Source: Sulfolobales archaeon (lineage in GTDB: Archaea; Thermoproteota; Thermoprotei_A; Sulfolobales; NBVN01). Taken from it: a DNA stretch of 13,853 nucleotides. Made by a program: the position numbers and the translations under genes. The notes under the pieces are model-generated. The model saw only the letters and a list, made by a program, of their open reading frames with translations. It was not told where the DNA came from and made no database searches. The stretch spans positions 1 through 13,853 of the forward strand of contig JAWBTQ010000024.1 in NCBI GenBank assembly GCA_038841535.1, in the 5' to 3' direction. Position 1 is the stretch's first letter. Each line of letters starts with the position of its first letter. Below, one piece after another: positions 1 to 6,778 of the stretch.

Positions 1-755
1 CTTAACTGCCCTTTGAGGACTGGTTCAACTCTAACACCCTCTCTAATGAAGAGGACTCCAACCCCTCTAGGACCGTGTATCTTGTGGCTACTGAGGGTGA
101 CCATGTCTACGTGTTCGAGCTTCTTAAGGTCTATAGGTATCTTACCAAAAGCGTCTGCGGCGTCAGTATGAAACACCGCTCGAGGGTTGGTTTCCTTAAC
201 CACCTTAGAGAGCTCAGAGATTTTCTGGACTGTCCCTATTTCGTGGTTAACCATCTGGATACTGACTAATGACGTGTTATTGTCGACGAACTCCTTGAGG
301 ACTTCTGGGTCCACGAATCCTTCACTATCGACAGGCACTCTAACTACTCTAAACCCGAAGATCTTCTCGGCTTCTTCTGCCGGATATATGACGCTGAGGT
401 GCTCGATAGCTGAGACAACGATCTTTCCTCCTCTCCCCCTATTGGCTAATGCGTGACCTAGAACTGCTAGGTTATTTGCTTCAGTACCGCTGTGCACTAA
501 AGCGAACTCACCGAGGTTGCGGGCGTTGAGAACTTGAGTTAGAGCCTCTTTCGCTCTATAGATGGCCTCGTAGGCTTCCCACCCCAGTTTATGCGTAATA
601 GATGGGTGCCCGTAACCGATAGTGTTGAAGTACGGGATCATTTCCTCTACAACTTCCTTTGGAACGTAGCCAGAGTTTTCGTTATCCATGTAGACCTCTC
701 TCGGGGGTTTACCGTGAGCTCTGAGTAGTTCCTCAACCGACACCCTCGTACCCAC
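1..755 (-). CDS. Cysteine desulfurase / class-V aminotransferase (NifS/IscS-like). N-terminal ~251 codons only; the C-terminus lies beyond the left window edge.
   Basis: Absent from the ORF track because it runs off the edge. My reverse-strand translation from GTG at 755..753 reads VGTRVSVEELLRAHGKPPREVYMDNENSGYVPKEVVEEMIPYFN...LVHSGTEANNLAVLGHAL...SIQMVNHEIGTVQ...FHTDAADAFGKIPIDL...VTLSSHKIHGPRGVGVLFIREG. The SGTEANN, NHE-x-G and H-x-DA motifs and the S-x-HK PLP-lysine followed by GP(K/R)G(V/I)G are hallmarks of NifS/IscS-type desulfurases. An in-frame TAG sits at 767..765. The ATG at 689 is an alternative start, but it would remove the conserved V-Y-x-D strand. A TATA-like GTTTATAAC lies on the minus strand at about 773-782. 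Confidence 0.85.
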   Translation of the reverse strand, partial: MGTRVSVEELLRAHGKPPREVYMDNENSGYVPKEVVEEMIPYFNTIGYGHPSITHKLGWEAYEAIYRAKEALTQVLNARNLGEFALVHSGTEANNLAVLGHALANRGRGGKIVVSAIEHLSVIYPAEEAEKIFGFRVVRVPVDSEGFVDPEVLKEFVDNNTSLVSIQMVNHEIGTVQKISELSKVVKETNPRAVFHTDAADAFGKIPIDLKKLEHVDMVTLSSHKIHGPRGVGVLFIREGVRVEPVLKGQL

Positions 756-816
756 TTCTAAGAGCTAGAATTACGTTATAAACAGTGTTTAATCTTTTGC
801 CTAAAGGCATTGAGGG

Positions 817-1302
817 CTAGAGCTGAGGCCAGCTCGACACTAAGTACGTAGCAGTCATAATAATCGATACCGCTAATACTACGCTATTAAGAGCATCATA
901 CGTTCTCTTATTCAGCTTCGATAAGCACACTCTCTCAAATGATGCTCCGTTTCTTACATAAACACCACCAGATGTTAAGTCCAGCCCCAAGTGAGTTATG
1001 TACGTAATTCCGCACGCTACGTACACCGATGTATAGCTCTTAACATCGTAGAGAAAGAGCGCTCCAACAAGTACTGCTACCAAAGCTGAGGCCACCGACG
1101 CATTAATCGGCTCGTGAGTTGTAGGCGTCCTGTACCTACCTTTATGGCCAAGATAATCAATAATCCAGTTCAAGCAGAGGGACGCCATAAAGGACGCATT
1201 AAGTAGTTCTATACCCTCTCCTAACTTAACACACCTCATAAACCACACTGCTACAGCTGTAGAGAGGAGTACATGTGCGAGTAGCTTAATTAGTTTCACC
1301 AA
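817..1302 (-). CDS. Polytopic membrane protein, DUF457/YdjM-like putative membrane-bound metal-dependent hydrolase
   Basis: 161-aa ORF with a TTG start at 1302 and a GTG alternative at 1299. It is hydrophobic with several predicted TM segments. The His/Asp pattern AHVLLS ... IDYLGHKGRYRTPTTHEP ... THLGLDLTSGGV resembles the H...D-x-x-x-H...(R)-x-x-TH...SH-x-x-LD-x-x-T-x-x-G pattern of the YdjM/DUF457 family. A TATA-like ATTTTATAAAC lies on the minus strand at 1321-1331. Confidence 0.5.
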   Translation of the reverse strand: MVKLIKLLAHVLLSTAVAVWFMRCVKLGEGIELLNASFMASLCLNWIIDYLGHKGRYRTPTTHEPINASVASALVAVLVGALFLYDVKSYTSVYVACGITYITHLGLDLTSGGVYVRNGASFERVCLSKLNKRTYDALNSVVLAVSIIMTATYLVSSWPQL

Positions 1303-1425
1303 CCACTCTAGGTAACTAAGTTTATAAAATTACATTCATAGAGCAAGTAGGATCTGATTAGAATCCGGTCTTCTGAGGACAAACTTTATTGGTCAGCACG
1401 TTTCTACGATAAGCTCAGGCTCTTC

Positions 1426-1430
1426 AAAAA
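1426..1430 (-). terminator. Oligo-T tract (T5 on the minus strand), candidate archaeal terminator after the Trx-CcdA gene
   Basis: The plus strand reads cttcAAAAActtg, which is TTTTT on the transcribed strand, about 22 nt downstream of the stop at 1452. Archaeal termination typically uses oligo-T tracts. Confidence 0.35.
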
Positions 1431-1451
1431 CTTGAGTATGGTTGAAAGTAT

Positions 1452-2591
1452 TCAGGAGCTGAGAACTAGATATATTCCCATGGATATTAAGACGATACCT
1501 CCGAGGAGCTCGACAACGGATACTTTGCTCATGAACCTATCTACTAACCCGAGGAACCTGCTTGAAAGTATGGAAATGAGAACGTAGGGCAGTACGTAGG
1601 CTATCAAGTAGGTGAGAATTATGATGTTAACTAGAGGACCGGCATCAACCATGAAAGCTGATTGAAGTAGAACGAAGTAGCCCGCACTACAGGGGGTTGC
1701 ACTAATCGACGCTAATATTCCTAGTAAAAATGGGAAGAAGCTGCTTAGTAGTGTGAACACTCTAGTGCCAATGGGGTAACTCATCTCGCGGCAGGCTCTA
1801 CCACCTACTAGGCATCCAAGGACTCCTCTGGAGTGTAGCACCATGTAAAACCCGAAAGCTAGGAAGAACATCCACGTGAATGGTCGCAAAAGCCACAGTA
1901 AGTTGTAGAGACCGATTATCACGAGGAAATACCCGAGCCCGAGCCCGACTACGAACGAGAGAAGCTTTAGCAGAGACTTTCTAGCACCGTACGCAGCGTA
2001 TGATAGGAGGAGTGTCGAGTATAGGTAGATAACGCATGGGCTGAAGGCGGAAGCCGTCCCTAGCATTAATGCCCCGACTACTAGCTTCAATGGGTCTTGA
2101 CCCATCGGCTTAGTGACCCTTACTTCACATACCTCCAAGCCTACTCCGAGTAGGGCGGACGTCCAGTAGGAGTCGTTTCGGTATAATCCAATCGAAATAG
2201 CTACTACCGATGTGCTATTTCGGACTAGAACTATGGGAACCTCTCTTAAATACTCTTCCTCGACGTACTTACTAAGGTAATTCAGCAGCTTCGTAAATAG
2301 GTCGCTGTGCTCTACTACGTCTACGTACGCGAGCCCGCTGGGAAGAAGGTTTCTTAGGTATCCCTCCATCTCAATACATTCGGGACATCCCCTCAAGCCG
2401 AAGAAGTAAACAACTTGATCACCAAAGCGCGTTATTAAGTCATCAGCTAGTTCTGTAGGTTGTTCAGCACACCCAACTAGCATCCCCTTATAGGACACCG
2501 GAATTCCTAAGGGATGGACTCCGGAAGCAAGGACTGAACAAGCTAGTGCGAACAATATGATTAAAAGAGCGACTGATGGGTTTAGCCTCAT
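1452..2591 (-). CDS. Fusion of an exported thioredoxin-like domain (CPEC) with a CcdA/DsbD-type thiol:disulfide electron-transfer membrane domain
   Basis: 379 aa. The N-terminal signal-like segment is MRLNPSVALLIILFALACSVLASG. A Trx fold follows, with VVYFFGLRGCPECIEMEGYL (CxxC at a helix N-terminus) and a downstream cis-Pro-like EVPIVLV. Then come about 6 TM helices carrying the two CcdA/DsbD signature cysteines in P-C motifs (SAFSPCVIYLY and SATPCSAGY). The start overlaps the upstream gene's stop by 1 nt (TAATG at 2593..2589), which suggests translational coupling. Confidence 0.8.
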   Translation of the reverse strand: MRLNPSVALLIILFALACSVLASGVHPLGIPVSYKGMLVGCAEQPTELADDLITRFGDQVVYFFGLRGCPECIEMEGYLRNLLPSGLAYVDVVEHSDLFTKLLNYLSKYVEEEYLREVPIVLVRNSTSVVAISIGLYRNDSYWTSALLGVGLEVCEVRVTKPMGQDPLKLVVGALMLGTASAFSPCVIYLYSTLLLSYAAYGARKSLLKLLSFVVGLGLGYFLVIIGLYNLLWLLRPFTWMFFLAFGFYMVLHSRGVLGCLVGGRACREMSYPIGTRVFTLLSSFFPFLLGILASISATPCSAGYFVLLQSAFMVDAGPLVNIIILTYLIAYVLPYVLISILSSRFLGLVDRFMSKVSVVELLGGIVLISMGIYLVLSS

Positions 2592-3208
2592 TATTTCCTC
2601 CTCCTAAAGATGGAGTAGGCTATTACTAGAACTCCGGTGACGATGAAGGCTATGGGGATTATTAGCTGAGGCTCGACTATCTGCTGGGAACTAGGGAGAG
2701 TCGTAGTCGTCACCGTGTATTTAGTGACTAGCGCTACTAACTCTTGCTGCTCTTGAAAAGACACCTGTATTTCATACACTTTTGGAGGAACGATGAGCAC
2801 GACCTTCTCCTGAGGGCTCCTCGCGGTAATATTCTGCCAGAACTGAACATCGGTAACCGCTCCCACCACTACTGCGATGAGGTATTTTCCATCCTTAATA
2901 ACGTACGTTTGAGGTATGTACCCTAAGTACTCTGACGACACTCCTTTAGATGCGAAAAAACTTCTAATGCTATCTAAATTGCTCTTGCAGCTCTCGTAGA
3001 GATCTATCTTACAGAAATAGTAACTACTTGGATAAGCTTGAGTAAGGAATTGGTCAAGAGACCTACAGTGAGGACACCAAGTTGCCCCATAAAGGTACAG
3101 GTATACACTACTTCCAATAGTTACTGCGGGCAGCAGTACTGCGACCGCTATTAGTGCCGAAATCAAGCAGGCGATTACAGTACGACTATTTTCCACGGTT
3201 CGCACCAT
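2591..3208 (-). CDS. Thioredoxin-like thiol-disulfide oxidoreductase (WCPHC active site) anchored in the membrane at both ends, catalytic domain predicted extracytoplasmic
   Basis: 205 aa. It has an N-terminal TM anchor (VIACLISALIAVAVLLPAV) and a Trx fold with YLYGATWCPHCRSLDQFL plus the cis-Pro motif YIPQTYV. There is an extra Cys pair (FCKIDLYESCK), a Thr/Ser-rich linker (TVTTTTLPSS), and a C-terminal TM helix followed by RRRK, consistent with the positive-inside rule. It is co-oriented with, and overlaps, the CcdA fusion gene. Confidence 0.7.
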   Translation of the reverse strand: MVRTVENSRTVIACLISALIAVAVLLPAVTIGSSVYLYLYGATWCPHCRSLDQFLTQAYPSSYYFCKIDLYESCKSNLDSIRSFFASKGVSSEYLGYIPQTYVIKDGKYLIAVVVGAVTDVQFWQNITARSPQEKVVLIVPPKVYEIQVSFQEQQELVALVTKYTVTTTTLPSSQQIVEPQLIIPIAFIVTGVLVIAYSIFRRRK

Positions 3209-3317
3209 TTTTCTGACTTAAGGAATCTAAAAAGCCTAATTCTCGACTCGGCGTTAGAACTTTCAATGCTCTATACTTAACTTATTTAAATAGCTCAAGT
3301 TAGTAGCGCTTTTCTAC

Positions 3318-3848
3318 TTATCGCTGTATAAAGTACCTAAAGGCCTTAATGTTGACGTCAACCCACTCTTTAGACACCATTTCTTTTATCACGTCTTCTA
3401 CAGCGCTCGGAGGCACTATTGATGTTACTTTAATTATGTGACCGAGAGCGACGAGATTTGCTACTCTGCTAGTACCTATCTCTCTCTCAGCTATATCCGT
3501 GTAGGGCTCTAGGTAGATTCTCCAGTTCTTTTGCGGAATACTGCTAACGTTCGACTTATCTAGAAAAACTACGGCGCCGTCTCTCACGAGATCCTTGTAC
3601 GCGTCTAATTGAAGCTGGTGCATGAATAGAGCTATGTCGGCTCTCATTACCTTAATGAAGTCAGCATCTTCTTCTCTATTCGCTACTACTAGATCTACTC
3701 TGGAGTCGCCACCGCGCGTTTCAGCGGCATATACCTCACTTCCGAGTATATGTAGATTCGTGTGTTTGGCAATAGCTCTACCTAGTATGTGTCCTAGAAG
3801 CAGTATCCCCTGCCCACCACGACCAGCAATCAGTATTTCCAACCTCAC
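3318..3848 (-). CDS. 2-oxoacid:ferredoxin oxidoreductase, gamma subunit
   Basis: 176 aa. The N-terminus EILIAGRGGQGILLLGHILG is the classic G-x-GGQG motif of OFOR gamma subunits or domains. It has a 4-nt overlap with the beta subunit gene and is the last gene of the delta-alpha-beta-gamma cluster. Confidence 0.9.
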   Translation of the reverse strand: MRLEILIAGRGGQGILLLGHILGRAIAKHTNLHILGSEVYAAETRGGDSRVDLVVANREEDADFIKVMRADIALFMHQLQLDAYKDLVRDGAVVFLDKSNVSSIPQKNWRIYLEPYTDIAEREIGTSRVANLVALGHIIKVTSIVPPSAVEDVIKEMVSKEWVDVNIKAFRYFIQR

Positions 3849-4690
3849 TCCTCACCACCTCCAAAAGCTTTAGACATATACCTGCGATATATTTCGATGT
3901 ACCCGAGCTCATCTCTCTCTACGAACTCCCCTATGACGAAGCCTCTCTCCCAGTCGTAATCGCTTTCATCTACAGACGGCTTGGTTTTTACTATGACCCT
4001 TTTCTTAAGTTCCATGTACAAGTCAACAGGGTTCCTTAAGCCTATGTGCCTCCCAAAGATCTCTGGGCACGTTGATAGAACCTCGACAAACGCGAGACCC
4101 TGCTTTACGAGGGCCTTGTAGAATACTTGCTCAAGCAAGTGCGGGTGCGTAATCGACCCTCTAGCCACGTAGTTTGCCCCCAAAGCTGCCGCTAGCTTTA
4201 CCATGTTGATTTCTTTTTCCGGGTTCCCGTATGGTGTGGTCGTAGTGTAGAGCCCTCTAGGAGTTGTAGGTGCTAGCTGTCCGCCAGTCATACCGTATAT
4301 CATGTTGTTTGCCATTACGACAAGTATATCAGCATTACGTCTTATAGCGTGCAGTATGTGGTTTCCTCCAATAGCAGCTATATCCCCATCGCCGCCAACT
4401 ACTATCATCTTCATTTCCGGTTTGACTACCTTTACTGCGAGAGCGAAGGGAATGGCTCTACCATGTATTACATGAGCCGAATCGAAGAGGGGGTAAAGAG
4501 TTATCCTAGCTGCACAGCCTATCCCTCCAGCGAATGCTATATACTCCCTCTTGAGTAACCCCTCCTTTATCCTTCTGTCTATAGCCCTAAGTATGGACCC
4601 TAAAGCTACTCCTAGCCCGCAACCAGGGCACCACATTGTTGGTATTCTATCCGTTCTTAGGTAAGGATCTAGTGGGTGTCCTACAGCCAT
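3845..4690 (-). CDS. 2-oxoacid:ferredoxin oxidoreductase, beta (TPP-binding) subunit
   Basis: 281 aa. WCPGCG near the N-terminus and GGDGD...NN-x-x-YGMTGGQ (TPP/Mg binding) are typical OFOR beta motifs. It overlaps the alpha gene by 10 nt. Confidence 0.9.
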   Translation of the reverse strand: MAVGHPLDPYLRTDRIPTMWCPGCGLGVALGSILRAIDRRIKEGLLKREYIAFAGGIGCAARITLYPLFDSAHVIHGRAIPFALAVKVVKPEMKMIVVGGDGDIAAIGGNHILHAIRRNADILVVMANNMIYGMTGGQLAPTTPRGLYTTTTPYGNPEKEINMVKLAAALGANYVARGSITHPHLLEQVFYKALVKQGLAFVEVLSTCPEIFGRHIGLRNPVDLYMELKKRVIVKTKPSVDESDYDWERGFVIGEFVERDELGYIEIYRRYMSKAFGGGEE

Positions 4691-5805
4691 TCTTTAACTA
4701 CCTCAACCACTTCTTGTGGTAGAGGAACGTCAAGATCAATTAGCGGTACACTGATAACATCCTTATTTCTCATTACACCCCTTAGCTCTCTATAGTATAG
4801 ACCTACATTGTTTTCGACAACAAACACCTTCTTAACACCTCTTAATAAATTTATTATACCCTCCTCGTATACGGGGAAAAGGGTCTTAAGCCTCACAGCA
4901 CAAGCGCTATGTCCCTTCTCCCTGAGCAGTTTAGTTGCTGCATGAACTGTTAAGGCTGTCGACCCGTAAGCCACGAGGGCGTAATCGCAGTCGTCAAGAT
5001 ATATTGATGAGTAGTCAAAGAGCTTCTCAGAGTTCTCAACGATCTTCTTGTACAGCCTCCACATGAGCTTCCTCTGTACGTCTGTTCTTGGTGCGTAATA
5101 ACCTCTCTCATCGTGCGTCAGCGACTCAACAAGTACATTGTATCCTTCCCCAAAGCAAGCCATAGGCGGTACTAACCCATCGACTGGGTCGTACGGTTTG
5201 TAAGCACCTGGAGGTGAGGAGGGCTTTATGCGGTTAACTACCTCTACCTCACCTTTTTCTCTAATAGCTACCTTACCATAAGTGTGGGCTATTACCGCAT
5301 CTGAAAGAAGTACTACTGGAGTTCTCAGCATCTCCGATATGTTGAAAGCTCGTATCGTTAGGTCATAGGCTTCTTGAGGTGTTGATGGGGCGAGGACCGG
5401 TATTACTAGACCTCCGTGAAAACCGTACGTACTCTGGAGCACATCGTACTGCCCCGACCTCGTTGGGACACCCGTAGACGGACCTGTCCTCATGACGTAC
5501 GCAACAACAAGTGGAGTCTCCGTTATTACTGCTAGACTCAAAGCCTCAAGCATCAGCGAAAACCCGGGTCCACTCGTTGCCGTCATAGACTTCGCGCACG
5601 TCCAAGACGCACCGATCACGGCGTTTATAGACGCTATCTCGTCTTCAAACTGCAGTACGTGACCCCCATGCTTAGGCAGTTCTCGAGCGAGGTGTTCAAA
5701 AATATCTGAGGTCGGTGTAATCGGGTAACCGGCGTAAAACTTTAGTCCAGCAGCTATAGAGGCTTCAGCGATAGCTATATTTCCAGTGAGGTATTCATAC
5801 CTCAT
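4681..5805 (-). CDS. 2-oxoacid:ferredoxin oxidoreductase, alpha subunit
   Basis: 374 aa. The motifs GNIAIAEASIAAGLKFYAGYPITPTSDI, SGPGFSLMLEAL and GPSTG-PT are characteristic of OFOR alpha subunits. It has an ATGA overlap with the delta gene. Confidence 0.9.
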   Translation of the reverse strand: MRYEYLTGNIAIAEASIAAGLKFYAGYPITPTSDIFEHLARELPKHGGHVLQFEDEIASINAVIGASWTCAKSMTATSGPGFSLMLEALSLAVITETPLVVAYVMRTGPSTGVPTRSGQYDVLQSTYGFHGGLVIPVLAPSTPQEAYDLTIRAFNISEMLRTPVVLLSDAVIAHTYGKVAIREKGEVEVVNRIKPSSPPGAYKPYDPVDGLVPPMACFGEGYNVLVESLTHDERGYYAPRTDVQRKLMWRLYKKIVENSEKLFDYSSIYLDDCDYALVAYGSTALTVHAATKLLREKGHSACAVRLKTLFPVYEEGIINLLRGVKKVFVVENNVGLYYRELRGVMRNKDVISVPLIDLDVPLPQEVVEVVKEWL

Positions 5806-6086
5806 TGTCGAACAGCCTCAACGTATATTGAGAAATCTGGGCAACTAAATTCACAAAGCTTGCACCCGATGCACTTCTCCGGGCGAGCTGGGACCACGTA
5901 CCTATAGCCCCGCTTGTTCCTACTATTTCCTCTCTCAAGAACCTTCGTAGGGCAAACTGATATACATATACCACACTCTTTACACCTCTCAATTATAACA
6001 CTGATGGCGTACTTGCCTCCCTCAGTCCTTATAAGGAGGCCTGCTGAAGCGCTCAGCTGATTCCACCTATATGAGTACCCGAACAT
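5802..6086 (-). CDS. 2-oxoacid:ferredoxin oxidoreductase, delta subunit (2x[4Fe-4S] ferredoxin-like)
   Basis: 94 aa with two CxxCxxCxxxCP motifs (CKECGICISVCP and CIGCKLCEFSCP). It is the first gene of the cluster and overlaps the alpha gene. Confidence 0.85.
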   Translation of the reverse strand: MFGYSYRWNQLSASAGLLIRTEGGKYAISVIIERCKECGICISVCPTKVLERGNSRNKRGYRYVVPARPEKCIGCKLCEFSCPDFSIYVEAVRQ

Positions 6087-6111
6087 AACTATTTAAAGCA
6101 GTAGTTATTAA

Positions 6112-6119
6112 CTATAATT
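6112..6119 (-). promoter_or_regulatory. TATA-like box for the OFOR operon (leaderless or short-leader transcript)
   Basis: The minus strand reads TAATTATAG, centred about 29 nt upstream of the delta-subunit ATG at 6086. The spacing fits archaeal TATA-to-TSS distances and would place the TSS at or just before the ATG. Confidence 0.35.
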
Positions 6120-6205
6120 ACATGGAAGCACCATTCTCTAAGCACCTCTTCTCTACATAATGATCTCGAATCCTACTTAATTTCACTAGCTACAGTACTA
6201 GATTA

Positions 6206-6223
6206 GCTGAGACTAGTCTCAGC
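6206..6223. promoter_or_regulatory. Perfect 18-bp palindrome GCTGAGACTAGTCTCAGC, candidate dimeric transcription-factor operator
   Basis: Read directly from the sequence: the half-site GCTGAGACT and its exact reverse complement abut each other. The palindrome lies in the 268-bp gap between the Roadblock-like gene end (6355) and the OFOR operon start (6086). It is flanked by further ACTAG copies at 6185, 6197 and 6231. Confidence 0.3.
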
Positions 6224-6354
6224 GTATCTCACTAGGCACACCATCGAGAATGTATAGGTGATTATATAGAGTGTATACCTTGGTTAATAAACAGGTAAGC
6301 TATGGGTTGAGAGACTACACACTTTTAGTTAATTGTGCCACGTGCCTTATTTAC

Positions 6355-6645
6355 TCACCAACTTCTAATACTGACCTTCACAATACTTCCATCGACTTGA
6401 GCGACAGCATATCCTGCGGAGTACTCTACTTCAAGCTTGAGGAGCCTCCCACCGACGGTATTTTCAAGTGCGGAGAGAGCTGCTGCAGCTATTGCTATAG
6501 CCTTTGCTATAGAACTGTTAGTCTCGAGTTTGTCACCTAGTACATCTATGAGTTCACCAGTAGACCTATCGATCACGAGCACTCTATCTGGTAACTCGAG
6601 CACAGTCTTAGCTGAATTCGAGGTTCTTACGTCAACAGACTCCAT
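6355..6645 (-). CDS. Small Roadblock/LC7 (MglB-like) domain protein (tentative)
   Basis: 96 aa with an ATG start. The pattern (V/L)LVIDRSTGELIDVLGD...AKAIAIAAAALSALENTVGGRLLKLEVEYSAGYAVAQVDGSIVKVSI follows the Roadblock/LC7 layout: a beta strand with D-x-x-G, an Ala-rich helix, a G-x-L segment, then two strands. Assigned by eye only. Confidence 0.45.
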   Translation of the reverse strand: MESVDVRTSNSAKTVLELPDRVLVIDRSTGELIDVLGDKLETNSSIAKAIAIAAAALSALENTVGGRLLKLEVEYSAGYAVAQVDGSIVKVSIRSW

Positions 6646-6778
6646 CAGGACACCGTGAGGTTGCTTATACCTTGCTTACTTTAAAACACTTACTCATATA
6701 GCTCAACGGATCTTAAGGTCCGTAGTCCTTGCGAGGCATTATTTAGTTTGAGGATACTGTTAGCTATTGGGGTAGGCT

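Noticed and set aside
75-456. Track ORFs 75..269 (+) and 187..456 (+)
   Set aside because: They lie antisense to a strongly supported cysteine desulfurase reading frame (1-755, minus). Their sequences are low-complexity and motif-free, so they are shadow ORFs.
2744-2926. Track ORF 2744..2926 (+), 60 aa
   Set aside because: It is antisense to the WCPHC thioredoxin-like gene and has no recognisable features. Shadow ORF.
3622-4558. Track ORFs 3622..3873 (+) and 4349..4558 (+)
   Set aside because: They are antisense to the OFOR gamma and beta genes, whose motifs are unambiguous. Shadow ORFs.
5795-5992. Track ORF 5795..5992 (-), 65 aa
   Set aside because: It is an alternative frame inside the delta-subunit gene. 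The 5802..6086 frame carries two complete CxxCxxCxxxCP ferredoxin motifs, so that is the real frame.
6271-6658. Track ORFs 6271..6540 (+) and 6437..6658 (+)
   Set aside because: Both overlap the minus-strand Roadblock-like ORF on the opposite strand. The 6437 ORF is an Ala/Ser-rich mirror of the Ala-rich helix, and neither has a plausible promoter or family signal. I kept the minus-strand ORF, with only moderate confidence.
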